Source of the DNA: a virus
Reading direction: 5' to 3' (one strand)
Length of the DNA stretch: 64,000 bases
Virus genome (UHGV): UHGV-0038492
Shown: piece after piece, positions 37,655 through 47,673 of the stretch
Position numbering within the stretch: position 1 is the first letter of the stretch
Layout of the letters: each line of letters opens with the position of its first letter
The notes under the pieces: model-generated
Database searches by the model: none
The model's input: the letters and a program-made list of their open reading frames with translations, nothing else
What the model was told of the DNA's origin: nothing
Program-made: the position numbers and the translations under genes

Positions 37655-37700
37655 AGTACCCTACTCCCGAAAAGGAGTAGGGTAGCTTTTTATTTTTTTA
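37655..37700. terminator. bidirectional terminator between convergent genes
   Basis: 'taccctactcccgaaaaggagtagggta' followed by T-run. Confidence 0.7.
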
Positions 37701-40652
37701 GTCTGCGGTGGTGTCGTGACGGTTGTAAACGATAACAACGTCGTCTTTCAGACCGATGTCACCACTGGCTTCAATATCCAGTTTCTTACCAATCGTTGCG
37801 CGTGCAGCTTCGGATACCACAGTAAACAGACGCATGTCTTTGTCTGGACCCATCGCATCCAACTCAACCCCGATGATCGACGTGTCAAGCGTTTCGCTGA
37901 GCTCATTACCAATCTCTGTTGCCGAGATAGTAAGATGTGAACCCAAGTAGTCGTTGATAACTTGAGACGTTTTCTTACGAATCTGCGTTAACAGATCGCT
38001 GTTGCTACGGTTAGCCGCTGTGAGGTAATAACGAACGGTAAACTGGTTTTCAGCCGGTTTCGGCGTCACCACCCCGTCTTCGGTACGTGCATCGATATAA
38101 CCCATCGTGGTGATAGGAACGAAATACCCTTCCGTACGCTCTAACAACATCGGTTTTAACGTCGGTAGAACCACGGTCACGTAGTTAACGATATTCTCAA
38201 TAACTGCGTTCAGATAGGATTTCGCAGACGCTGTGGTAGCGAATTTATAACGTGCGTCGAAGACCGCCATTTCACTACGGAACTTAATAGAACGAGATTT
38301 CGCAATCTTAGGATTACCGTACTCGTCTTTTACTAAGTCCCCTTCGTGGTGCAGGATAATCTGCTGGCCGGTTTCGTCAAGCTTAGGATCGCCTTTACGG
38401 TGTTCGTAAGTGATTTGTAGCGGTGGTGTACGGCCTGCGTCATACGTGTAAACCGGAACCCCATTCTCATCACGTTTCACCACGTCAATTTCCCACGTCG
38501 CTAACACGTCTTTGTCGTAATACTCGTAGTTGATGCTGTCAGTAACAGCACGCGCTTTACGCCAATAGTACGTCATCGCTTTACCCAGTTCGATTTTGAA
38601 TATCTCGTGGGTAATACCGATAGCGTCACGAGAAGGCGCTGTGATTAACGTATCCATCTCTACACGTTCGTAGTTCCCAGGGTAATAACCTGTGCAACCG
38701 TAGAACAGGTTAAAATCTGTCAGCAGTGGAACAGGTGTTTCCGTTGGGTTACTTCCGTTAATGCGGGTGTTGGTCAGTACCAGTTCGTCGTTACGGTCAA
38801 CGTCCAGGTTAGTTTCCAGCAAGAACTCCCAAACACGTTCACTGCCCTGCTTACCGACTAACGTACCGTTAATGTACGCCAAGGTGTTATCGGAATTACG
38901 AGGACGGAAAGACAGCTGTGCAAAGACTTGGTCATCAGTCAGTGCCTGGTAAGGTGCTTCTGACTTCGTAATCGTACGCAACACATAACCTGCTTCCGTT
39001 TTCTCGATAGTGTAGTCAGCAGTAACGACGCTGAGCTCCGTCGAGACGTTGGTCGCAATAAAGCGTTTGGAGTTTAATAGCGGTTTATCCAACTGGTAAA
39101 TACGCACGTCAATCGCTTTGTTGTTAATGTCAACAACGTAATGGAACGGTGTAAACAAATAACGGTTCGTGTTTGCTGCGTTAATCAAGTCTTCCTTACG
39201 CATGGTCTTCGCCAATACCGTCATCTCGGCATCTACAGTCAGACTGGTATCCGTAAAGCGATAGAGTGTGTCAGGAAGAATGGTCAGGCGATTACCGTTG
39301 ACTTTCACTGTCGGAAGATTAACCAGCTCGTTCCAGGAGAAATAGAACGGCGCAGTAATCGTACCAATCGGTGAGCTGACGTTAGCAATCGTCGATTCCA
39401 ACATCGGTGCTGTCATGAAGTACGTACGACTGGTCACATAGTCGTTAGGTTTAGACAGCGTAAGACCGTAATCGGAAACCGTAGCTTCAAGCTGCTTTTC
39501 CGTCACAGGTAATTTACGTGCACCCACAGCGTTATTAACAACGCGAGTACGTAAGTCACTGAACGAGAGCTGACTGCGACCACCCGACAGCATCTTCCCA
39601 GCTTTTGCTGCAAGCTGTTTAATAGAGAATGCTTTAATCGGGTTGATATAGTTCGCGTCATACTCTTCGTTTAAGTCACGTAGACTGAAGCTATACTCAT
39701 CAGACGGGTATGCAGAGATGTCTAACTCCAACGGCCCTAAGGTCGTATAGACGTCCATCCTGATAGTCCCACTGACGAGATTCTTCGCCATGTAAATAGA
39801 TGGAATCGTACAACGGATGTTGCCGTTACCCACCTGAATCAATGCTGTTGGCGTGTTCGGGTCGTAAACATCCCGACTGTGGGTGTGCTGTATCTCTACC
39901 CACTTGTTGCTGCCCGTTGCCTTCATCCAAACACGAACGTAGAAGAACTTGTTAGTGTAAGCACGGGTCATGACGAAAGTGTTGTTACCTTCGACAGTGT
40001 TACTTTCTTCTTTCACCGCATACTGCATAACCGGGATATGAATAGCCAGCAGCTGTGACGACGTTGTGTTAGTGGACGTTAGTTCCCATTCCAGGGCGTT
40101 CGTGGAAACTGGTGAAATCGGCGATTGTGTTTCAGTAATCCACAGTACCTGGAATGCCGGGTTCTCGTTCGTTCCGTATGGAAGTACACGGATTTCGATT
40201 GGGTACTGAATAGCAAACGTGTAACCAGAAACCGTAAAAACAGTGTCACGTGGGATAACGACTTTACGAACCCCCGCGATTTGCAACGGATACGCTTTCG
40301 AGATTAAGCTGTCAACGTCAATTAACAGTAACAGTTCTGTAGTAGCAGGCTGCGCAAAGACGTCAACGTAATCCACGTCTGACATGTGTCGGAACAGGTC
40401 ATCGTAGGTCTGTGCCATTGACGGGAACGTTTTAGGAATAGATTCCTGGAGCCCCATCAACGTCGCGTGTCCCATCATCGTTCCCATTTCTGCCAAATAA
40501 ACGACAGGGTCGGTAGGGTCACGGAGATAAATTTGACCATCGGCATCTTCAACATCTTGAAGCTGGTTTAGCAGCATTGTCTGCATCGCCGCAGGGTTGT
40601 GTGCGAACAGCAGAAGTTTCTTTGCCAAAGTATCGTAAGTTGTTGAACTCAT
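37698..40652 (-). CDS. large hypothetical protein (984 aa), plausibly structural
   Basis: long minus-strand ORF; start overlaps upstream stop (TGATG). Confidence 0.6.
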   Translation of the reverse strand: MSSTTYDTLAKKLLLFAHNPAAMQTMLLNQLQDVEDADGQIYLRDPTDPVVYLAEMGTMMGHATLMGLQESIPKTFPSMAQTYDDLFRHMSDVDYVDVFAQPATTELLLLIDVDSLISKAYPLQIAGVRKVVIPRDTVFTVSGYTFAIQYPIEIRVLPYGTNENPAFQVLWITETQSPISPVSTNALEWELTSTNTTSSQLLAIHIPVMQYAVKEESNTVEGNNTFVMTRAYTNKFFYVRVWMKATGSNKWVEIQHTHSRDVYDPNTPTALIQVGNGNIRCTIPSIYMAKNLVSGTIRMDVYTTLGPLELDISAYPSDEYSFSLRDLNEEYDANYINPIKAFSIKQLAAKAGKMLSGGRSQLSFSDLRTRVVNNAVGARKLPVTEKQLEATVSDYGLTLSKPNDYVTSRTYFMTAPMLESTIANVSSPIGTITAPFYFSWNELVNLPTVKVNGNRLTILPDTLYRFTDTSLTVDAEMTVLAKTMRKEDLINAANTNRYLFTPFHYVVDINNKAIDVRIYQLDKPLLNSKRFIATNVSTELSVVTADYTIEKTEAGYVLRTITKSEAPYQALTDDQVFAQLSFRPRNSDNTLAYINGTLVGKQGSERVWEFLLETNLDVDRNDELVLTNTRINGSNPTETPVPLLTDFNLFYGCTGYYPGNYERVEMDTLITAPSRDAIGITHEIFKIELGKAMTYYWRKARAVTDSINYEYYDKDVLATWEIDVVKRDENGVPVYTYDAGRTPPLQITYEHRKGDPKLDETGQQIILHHEGDLVKDEYGNPKIAKSRSIKFRSEMAVFDARYKFATTASAKSYLNAVIENIVNYVTVVLPTLKPMLLERTEGYFVPITTMGYIDARTEDGVVTPKPAENQFTVRYYLTAANRSNSDLLTQIRKKTSQVINDYLGSHLTISATEIGNELSETLDTSIIGVELDAMGPDKDMRLFTVVSEAARATIGKKLDIEASGDIGLKDDVVIVYNRHDTTAD

Positions 40653-41956
40653 CAGTTAGTACCTGCCTCTGTAACAAGACCATTGACGCTGTCAAGTAAT
40701 CCTGCTTTCTTGAGAATATATTGATAGTCTGCTTGGTAGACATACCAGGTAAGCTTGCGCCGTACGGAATCGATATGTGGATAGCCGTAATAGTTAAATA
40801 AAGGCAATAACTGTGGCGCGATAGGAACAAGTTGGCTGCTGGCCATCGGGATAAAATTCCCCGAAGCGACTGAGCCGGGTTGTGGGAGCATATCTGGGTT
40901 AAACATCCCAACGGTTTTATTGAACATCTCCATGTAAAGCGGATCGTTAAACCGTGCCCCGATTGCTTGCCAGTTGATGTTAATCGTTACATCGTCATTT
41001 AACTGTGGTTTTGAGTTATCGACGTTCGCCATTTGACCCGCGTTATCGTTCATCGGCCAGGCTACACAGATTGTCCAGAAACGGGTGATGTTCCCTAACG
41101 CATCGTAACGTAGACCGTAGATACGTGACTGGTAATCAATGCGTCGTTGGATGGAGTTGCGCATCTTCGGACGGAACTTACCCATCTTAACGCCCGCCAT
41201 ATACTCCAACCACACGCCCATCATTCGCATTAATGGGTCACCGTAAGGGTTGTTTAAGGACATTGACACAGAGAACGCGTTGTTGATTTCGTGCGTAGAA
41301 TCAACCATACCCCATTGTTCGCGCATCAACCCTTCACTGGCCATCCAGTTGTCGACGGACTGATCGGGTGTTCCGCTTAAACTGATCAGCTGTGTACTGA
41401 GTATTGGTATGAACGCTTGTAGATTATCGAATCTTACCTGCGGCATAAACGGAGTACCTAAGCGGTTTCTTCGTATCCCCGTTTTGCTCTCAACAGGTGA
41501 GTCCGAAAACCCTAATTCGAAATCAGGGTCGAGAGCAGCAAGTATCGAATAATCTAAAGAGTCCTTCGGCTGCAATGCCATGTTTGACATTTTACGCGAC
41601 TTGGCAATGTTGTCGTAGCACAGGTTGAAATCGGGCCGGGTAATAAATGTTAGACCGCCGTATTCTCGGTTGATTGGCGTGGGGTTAGACGCCATCATAT
41701 GGTTGAACCCCATGTAGGGGTTGGTCAAACGCTGCGCAGCAAGACCCAAACCTACAGTAAGGCGGATACGATCGTTCCATGCCGTAAGTTCGGTGTTTGC
41801 ATCGTAAGGTGTTGCCGGATTGTTGTTGCTGAGTCGGTTATTAAAATACCCGGCAACAGAAGGCACCGCGTCCGCGTTATTCGGATTGTGGAGAGAATCG
41901 TCGTAATCAGTATTCGGGTCATACCCCGGATCGTTCTTATCTGTCTCGTCACTCAT
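40652..41956 (-). CDS. hypothetical protein (434 aa)
   Basis: minus-strand ORF with GGAG 8 nt upstream of ATG. Confidence 0.6.
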   Translation of the reverse strand: MSDETDKNDPGYDPNTDYDDSLHNPNNADAVPSVAGYFNNRLSNNNPATPYDANTELTAWNDRIRLTVGLGLAAQRLTNPYMGFNHMMASNPTPINREYGGLTFITRPDFNLCYDNIAKSRKMSNMALQPKDSLDYSILAALDPDFELGFSDSPVESKTGIRRNRLGTPFMPQVRFDNLQAFIPILSTQLISLSGTPDQSVDNWMASEGLMREQWGMVDSTHEINNAFSVSMSLNNPYGDPLMRMMGVWLEYMAGVKMGKFRPKMRNSIQRRIDYQSRIYGLRYDALGNITRFWTICVAWPMNDNAGQMANVDNSKPQLNDDVTININWQAIGARFNDPLYMEMFNKTVGMFNPDMLPQPGSVASGNFIPMASSQLVPIAPQLLPLFNYYGYPHIDSVRRKLTWYVYQADYQYILKKAGLLDSVNGLVTEAGTN

Positions 41957-41982
41957 CTTTAACTCCGGAGTTCATTAGGAAA

Positions 41983-43089
41983 ATGTTAGAAAAAACGTTT
42001 GAGACAAGCGTTGTCTCTTTCCTCTCCAGACTTCCCATGCTATTTCGTTCGCGTGCGGAGTCGACGGAGGAATTTAACTCCGTGCTCTATAATGAGCACA
42101 TTACCTTAGTCGAACAAAGCCTGCTGGGTTTAGATTACCTTCCGGGAATTCTGGAGAAAATCCAAGTTTTGCTGGCAGGAAACCAACTTACTGCAATCTC
42201 ACTGTTAACGGGTGTGCCTGACGTTGATATTATCGGTACACTGGATCAAGTAAGTACCCGTCGTAGCGCACTCGATAACGCAGTGCGTAGCGGCTCACGC
42301 TTAGCAGCACTGGCAGTCGGCGAATCTTCCCGCCTAGGATTACCATCATACGATAAAATCGGCATTGCTGTGGGTGAATGCGCCCGCCGTGTCGCACAGG
42401 AATCCAAAGGTTCCGTTACCGGTGGTAAAGCAGACCCGATTAAACAACTGTTCGATCAGGAAGGGCTGTCTAACGGGAAAATGTTCTCTGTAACGTTTGA
42501 ACGTGACGGTAATAAAGTCGAACTTCCAATGCGTTTACGTTTGGACGTTAAGTCTCTTCCGACTGAGCAGATTGAAACCCTGATTGCATTCAGCGACCAG
42601 ACGAAAACGTTCTGGGAACGTTGGCTGCGTGCGCGTGTAGGTGCACTGAGCTATGTTAAAGACATTGCGTTCTGTAACGACCTGGTAGAAGAATACCGTA
42701 AGAACCGTTATCGCGATAAGTCAGGTTACTATCGTAAGATGATGGAGAAGAAAAACGGCAACTGGCTGTCTGGCTTGCTGACGCTGGCACCGTCTATTAA
42801 TAACGCTTCTTCTGTCATGGTGGTTTCTCAAGACACTATCGACGGTCTGACTGCCCAGCTAGGCGGTGAGTTTGACGATTTCAATATTCGTCAGCGTGTC
42901 TTCAAAGACACCTTAACCGTCTATTACGTGGTAGTGGACACCGCGTGGAACCGCGTTACTATTTATACTCGTGGTCAGAACGGTTCTCAGGAACTTGATA
43001 AATCCGATTTCAGCAAAGCGAAGTCCGGTAGCGCTGATGTGAACAAAATCATTGAAGCGTATCGCTCTGGCGCACAGCCAGTTCTTTAA
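41983..43089 (+). CDS. hypothetical protein
   Basis: 368-aa ORF with RBS; divergent from 40652..41956. Confidence 0.55.
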   Translation: MLEKTFETSVVSFLSRLPMLFRSRAESTEEFNSVLYNEHITLVEQSLLGLDYLPGILEKIQVLLAGNQLTAISLLTGVPDVDIIGTLDQVSTRRSALDNAVRSGSRLAALAVGESSRLGLPSYDKIGIAVGECARRVAQESKGSVTGGKADPIKQLFDQEGLSNGKMFSVTFERDGNKVELPMRLRLDVKSLPTEQIETLIAFSDQTKTFWERWLRARVGALSYVKDIAFCNDLVEEYRKNRYRDKSGYYRKMMEKKNGNWLSGLLTLAPSINNASSVMVVSQDTIDGLTAQLGGEFDDFNIRQRVFKDTLTVYYVVVDTAWNRVTIYTRGQNGSQELDKSDFSKAKSGSADVNKIIEAYRSGAQPVL

Positions 43090-43099
43090 GGGGTAAGGC

Positions 43100-44035
43100 A
43101 TGGCATTCCCGAATATGCTCGCTATGTTGTTGCCGAGCTTTGAAGCAACAAACTTGAAAAACCAGCTTTCGTCCAACTGCGATGCAATTGGCGAACAACT
43201 TTTACCACGTTTCCAGTCTTTACAAGAACTGGTAGCGTCGAAAGAAGGCAAACCGTTTAAATCGAAAACGGTACAAGAAATATCCGATGAAGTGGTTAAC
43301 TACCTGCGGACTTCCGGTCTGGAAGCCAAAGGTCTCCGCAATCCATCGATGTTAGAGTACATCGTTTCCTCGATGGAAAACGTGTTGCAGTTGCGTTCTT
43401 TCTTAGACCAATGTATTGCGCGTGACATTGGTAAATCGTTAGTCACGTCTTCAATGACGTTTAATAAATTAACGGTGCTCAGACTGCTTGACCTGATTGA
43501 TTTCTTCACAGGTTACAGTGCTACGTTACTTAACTACGTTACCGCAGAAGAGATTGCCGCTGTTGAAGGCTCGAATATTGAAGTGAAGGGCATCGGTCCG
43601 AATGACCTTCAATACCTCAATACTCGTTCGGTCTCTTACTGCATCGCCATCCGTGTTTTGGCAACGCCGGTAAATAAACTGAAAGCGGATTATGCCGAAA
43701 TCCCAGAAGCGATTTTCAACGACGAAACTTACGGTGAGTTGGTTCAGCAGTTCGGTTCGGGCTCGACTGACCCGCTGGGAATGAGCAGTGTACCGTTCCC
43801 GATCTCACTGATACTTCGCGTTCGTTTGAATATTGCTGAAAGGCAGATGGATAAATACGACGAGTGTGTAGAAGCAGCGAAAGCTGCGGAGTTGCGTATC
43901 CTGCTTTACAAAAAGCAAGTAGCGGAAGGTAAGGGAGATGCGCATATCGAAAAACTCATCGAGCTAAGTGAAAAGCATCTGTTGGAACTCAAGCATAAGC
44001 GTGAGCGTCTTGAGAAGAAATACGGTTTAGTGTAA
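43100..44035 (+). CDS. hypothetical protein
   Basis: 311-aa ORF with RBS. Confidence 0.55.
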   Translation: MAFPNMLAMLLPSFEATNLKNQLSSNCDAIGEQLLPRFQSLQELVASKEGKPFKSKTVQEISDEVVNYLRTSGLEAKGLRNPSMLEYIVSSMENVLQLRSFLDQCIARDIGKSLVTSSMTFNKLTVLRLLDLIDFFTGYSATLLNYVTAEEIAAVEGSNIEVKGIGPNDLQYLNTRSVSYCIAIRVLATPVNKLKADYAEIPEAIFNDETYGELVQQFGSGSTDPLGMSSVPFPISLILRVRLNIAERQMDKYDECVEAAKAAELRILLYKKQVAEGKGDAHIEKLIELSEKHLLELKHKRERLEKKYGLV

Positions 44036-44052
44036 ACCGTTAGGAGAGCCTC

Positions 44053-44613
44053 ATGTTTGAGCACGATAGTCCCGATTTTAATGTGGCCGTAGAGCGCATT
44101 AAAACCTATATGTCGATTTTATCAAAAAACCCAATCGACACACACGATGACGAGCTTATTCACAAAACGCTGGAAGCGTGTGCGGTTATATTGCCGTATT
44201 TTCGTCTGTTCGCTGCTGACTCTGTGCAGCAGGTATTATATGACGAATATCCGCAGGTCGGATTTACCTTTAATACGTTTTATAACGAAAGCGTAGCCTT
44301 CCTGCTTGATGGTAAACGACGCACCGTGACGTTAGGACAGTGGTCCGTATTGCTGTCGTCGTACATGAATGATGTTCGCAATACGAAGAACGTTGAACAG
44401 ACGGGCTCATTGGGTGCACGTCTTCTTGCTGCTGCGTTTGGTCGCCGGGGTACTGTACGTAATATGGGTTCCGCTCACCAGTCTGTTGAGTGTAGCAAAC
44501 GTCTTTTATCTTATGCAGACCATGAACTGCTGGCACGCTGGATGACACGCCCGAACGGGTTGTCCGACATGATCTCGTCGTTAGCAGTGTTTTTGAAAAT
44601 CGCACGTCCCTAA
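44053..44613 (+). CDS. hypothetical protein
   Basis: 186-aa ORF; RBS 'taggagagcctcATG'. Confidence 0.55.
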   Translation: MFEHDSPDFNVAVERIKTYMSILSKNPIDTHDDELIHKTLEACAVILPYFRLFAADSVQQVLYDEYPQVGFTFNTFYNESVAFLLDGKRRTVTLGQWSVLLSSYMNDVRNTKNVEQTGSLGARLLAAAFGRRGTVRNMGSAHQSVECSKRLLSYADHELLARWMTRPNGLSDMISSLAVFLKIARP

Positions 44614-44672
44614 GGGGGCCCCTCATTCTAGGGGCGTGTAATTGGGTTATATAACCAAAGGAAATAAACGAA

Positions 44673-45944
44673 ATGGCAAATTTCGCAAAAACTCGCGCCG
44701 CTCGTGAATCAATGGAAGCGGCCGATGAAGTAATCGACGGTATCAGCAACGTTGAACCGGCAGAAGAGAACCTGGACGTCCAGCTTGCAGAAGTAGCCTC
44801 TATGGATGGTGAACTGGATCAGCTGGAAACTGACGGTGAAACTTTGGCCGCCGATACTGAGCGTACTGAAGACGCTATCGATCAGGCGGAAGAAGCCGTT
44901 GCTAACGGTGAAGAAATGCCGGAAGAAGCGGTTGCCCTGCACGAAGTGGCCCAGGAATCCATCGCACGTCGTTGGTGCCTGGAACGTACCAAACTGGCTC
45001 GTGAATCCTATCGCCGTGGCCGTGGCATGACTGCTGCTGCGCAGGAAGGCTGGAAAGAAACCCTGAAAGATCTTTACGATCGTTTCATTCAGTTCTGTAA
45101 AGAAGTGATTGCGAAGATCAAAGACCTGAAACTGAAATATTTCAACGTCGGTAAGACCGCACAGAAACGTGCGAAGAAATATCAGGAAATGCTGCGTAAG
45201 CTGGGCAAACAGAAGAAAGATGAAATCTCTGGTGGCTTTATCACCAAGCTGTCGATCGAAGGTAAATTCGATGCTGCTGGCTCTATCGCTATTGCGAAAG
45301 AAGTTACCGCTGGCAAAGCTAAAGGTTCCATCAGTGTTCTGGAAAAACAAGCTGGTGAAGCTGTGACCGCTGTGAGCAAAGGTGACGACGACGCATTCAA
45401 AGCAATGCGTGGCGATCAGCCGGTAGAACTGTTTGGTAAAGCGGCTTCTAAACTGCACACTCTGCCGAACTTTGAAAAAGGTGATGCGTCCAAACTGCTG
45501 GCTCTGCCGGGCAACGCATACGTTCAGGCTGGTACTAAAGAACTGGCTGGCGGTCACAAGTTCACTGCAATTGCATTCATGAGCACCGGTGACGCGTCTG
45601 AAGATAAAGACGTGAAAACTCCGTCCGTTTCTGAAATGGCTGGCGCTGCTTCTGCTCTGGAAGCAATCGGTAAAGGCTTCGAAGCTGTACTGAAAGATTT
45701 CCGTGCTTATGACGCTGAAATCGTGAAGCTGCAACAGGCTGCTGAGAAAGCTGCTACCGCACTGAATACCGAAAAAGACCAGAGCAAGTGGGATGGCCTG
45801 CGTAATGCACGTCAAGCTGCTGATTGGTCTGTGAAGAACTACCAGACCCTGAACCGCGCCGTTAGCTATGTTGCTAACACCGTTATTAGCGGTCTGAACG
45901 GCTACCTGGGTGCTGGTATCGGTGCTTACGAAAAATCTAAATAA
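44673..45944 (+). CDS. abundant protein, paralog A (candidate major head/inner-body-type virion protein)
   Basis: 423 aa; strong RBS; heavy codon optimisation (368-aa antisense open frame); paralogous to 46027..47292. Confidence 0.7.
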   Translation: MANFAKTRAARESMEAADEVIDGISNVEPAEENLDVQLAEVASMDGELDQLETDGETLAADTERTEDAIDQAEEAVANGEEMPEEAVALHEVAQESIARRWCLERTKLARESYRRGRGMTAAAQEGWKETLKDLYDRFIQFCKEVIAKIKDLKLKYFNVGKTAQKRAKKYQEMLRKLGKQKKDEISGGFITKLSIEGKFDAAGSIAIAKEVTAGKAKGSISVLEKQAGEAVTAVSKGDDDAFKAMRGDQPVELFGKAASKLHTLPNFEKGDASKLLALPGNAYVQAGTKELAGGHKFTAIAFMSTGDASEDKDVKTPSVSEMAGAASALEAIGKGFEAVLKDFRAYDAEIVKLQQAAEKAATALNTEKDQSKWDGLRNARQAADWSVKNYQTLNRAVSYVANTVISGLNGYLGAGIGAYEKSK

Positions 45945-46026
45945 TCATTTAGATTCGTAGTTCCGTACAGTTCTTGAAATAAATCATCAGGGGAACAACG
46001 CGTTCCCCTTAGAGGAAAAGCTTAAA

Positions 46027-47292
46027 ATGGCGAATTTCTACAAAAACAAAATTGCTCGTGAGTCTATGGAGTCTACTTCTACTGTAGTTCCAGACGGCAT
46101 CGAACTGCCAGCAGAATCTGTAGAAGGTACTCTGGCCGATATCGAGCATGACACCAAACCGATCGAAGCAATGGACGCAGACGCAGAGCTGCTGGCCGAA
46201 GACGGCGACGAAACCGATGCTCAGCTGGAAGTCCTGGACGAAGCTCAGGCTGCTGCTGACGGTGAAGGCGCTGAAGACGGCGAAGAGCCGATGGACGCTG
46301 AAGAAGACATGCCGGACGACGCTGCTAAAGCGCTGGACGTTGCTCAGGAATCCATCCGTTCTCGCTGGAACTTCGAACACCGTTCTTCTGTTGCTCACGA
46401 ATCCTACGGTTCTCGTAACCGCCGTCAGGTTGCTCGTGAATCCCTGTGGGAAGACATTAAAGCCTTCATGAAACGTATCCTTGATTGGCTGAAAGAACAG
46501 GGTCGTAAGATCAAAGATCGTTGGCTGAAATTCCACAACCAGGGTAAATCTATCCAGGCGCGTGCGAAGAAAAACGACGCAATTATCCGTAAGCTGGGCA
46601 AACAGAAGAAAGATGAAATCTCTGGTGGTTTCATTAAATCTCTGTCCATCGACGGTAAGTTCGTTGGTGACGACTCCACGAAACTGAAAGGTATTCTGAC
46701 CCAGGTTTCCAGCTTCTATAGCTCTAAAATGCCTTCTATGGCTGCTAAAGCCTCTGCCATGGTTGAAGATGTTACTAAAGGTAACGGCGCTAAGATTGAA
46801 AACCTGAAAGCCGAGTTCGGTGAACTGGCTAAACAAGATAATCTTAAGAACTTCAAGCTCGGTAACATGGCTGTTAAGTCTGAGTACGATAACGAAGGCG
46901 GTTTCTCCACTACCTTCGTTGAGTCTGAAAACACCGTTGAAACCAGCGTGAAAACTCCGTCTGTTGGCGATCTGGCTAAACTCAATGCCTTCTTCAACGA
47001 AGTGGGTAAACAGATTGAGAAGAACGTTCAGGATTATCGTAAAGTTGAAAGCGCACGTAAGTCTTTCGAAGACAGCATCGATAAGCTGCTGAAAGAAATC
47101 GACAAAGTTAAGATCGATGAAAAACCGGAACTGACCGAAAACGTGCGTCGCGCTCGTCGTTACGTTACCAGTGTTAACCAGGCTCTGTCTCTGGGTGAGA
47201 AAGTTATTGCTTCTACTCAGAAACATCTGGCTAACGGTCTGAACGGTTATATCTCAGCAGGTATTGCCGCTTACGAAAAGACTAAAGCTTAA
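46027..47292 (+). CDS. abundant protein, paralog B
   Basis: 421 aa; shared blocks 'MANF..K..ARESME', 'IRKLGKQKKDEISGGFI', 'VKTPSV', 'LNGY..AGI.AYEK.K'; 405-aa antisense open frame. Confidence 0.7.
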   Translation: MANFYKNKIARESMESTSTVVPDGIELPAESVEGTLADIEHDTKPIEAMDADAELLAEDGDETDAQLEVLDEAQAAADGEGAEDGEEPMDAEEDMPDDAAKALDVAQESIRSRWNFEHRSSVAHESYGSRNRRQVARESLWEDIKAFMKRILDWLKEQGRKIKDRWLKFHNQGKSIQARAKKNDAIIRKLGKQKKDEISGGFIKSLSIDGKFVGDDSTKLKGILTQVSSFYSSKMPSMAAKASAMVEDVTKGNGAKIENLKAEFGELAKQDNLKNFKLGNMAVKSEYDNEGGFSTTFVESENTVETSVKTPSVGDLAKLNAFFNEVGKQIEKNVQDYRKVESARKSFEDSIDKLLKEIDKVKIDEKPELTENVRRARRYVTSVNQALSLGEKVIASTQKHLANGLNGYISAGIAAYEKTKA

Positions 47293-47306
47293 CTGAACAG
47301 TTAGGC

Positions 47307-47355
47307 AAGAGAACCACCCTGTAATGGGGTGGTTCTCCCTTTTCTTTTTTTTTCG
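47307..47355 (+). terminator. rho-independent terminator
   Basis: 'gagaaccaccctgtaatggggtggttctc' followed by long T-run. Confidence 0.75.
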
Positions 47356-47359
47356 ATTA

Positions 47360-47398
47360 AAAATAATCTCAGATAGATATTACCTTAGTGAGATTACG
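47360..47398 (+). promoter_or_regulatory. phage promoter-like motif, copy 5
   Basis: 'aaaataatctcagatagatattaccttagtgagattacg'. Confidence 0.5.
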
Positions 47399-47443
47399 CT
47401 GTAATCTTTTAACGACCTGTTTATTACGTTTAGGAGAATTATC

Positions 47444-47620
47444 ATGAACCGCTTCCAATCCAAGAAAGAATTCCAGACAACCGAAGACATGGTGGTCACT
47501 GTGGAAACACCAACCACTGATGTCGTTTGCTTAGTGACACCCATCATAGCGCACAAGAGAAAAGAAGTTTCTCAGTGCCCAGAGGTTCGGGCAGTAAAAC
47601 GTTTTATTAAAGCGCTATAA
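47444..47620 (+). CDS. small protein (58 aa), below ORF-track cutoff
   Basis: RBS 'taggagaattatcATG'; sits between promoter motif and terminator. Confidence 0.5.
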   Translation: MNRFQSKKEFQTTEDMVVTVETPTTDVVCLVTPIIAHKRKEVSQCPEVRAVKRFIKAL

Positions 47621-47624
47621 TTGC

Positions 47625-47654
47625 TAAGCCCTTCGTAGAGGGCATTATTTTTTC
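47625..47654 (+). terminator. hairpin terminator
   Basis: 'gcccttcgtagagggc' followed by T-run. Confidence 0.55.
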
Positions 47655-47673
47655 GACCTTTAGGAGAATAGAA

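Noticed and set aside
44709-45815. 368-aa minus-strand ORF
   Set aside because: Antisense shadow of the codon-optimised gene 44673..45944; no start context.
46009-47226. 405-aa minus-strand ORF
   Set aside because: Antisense shadow of the codon-optimised gene 46027..47292.
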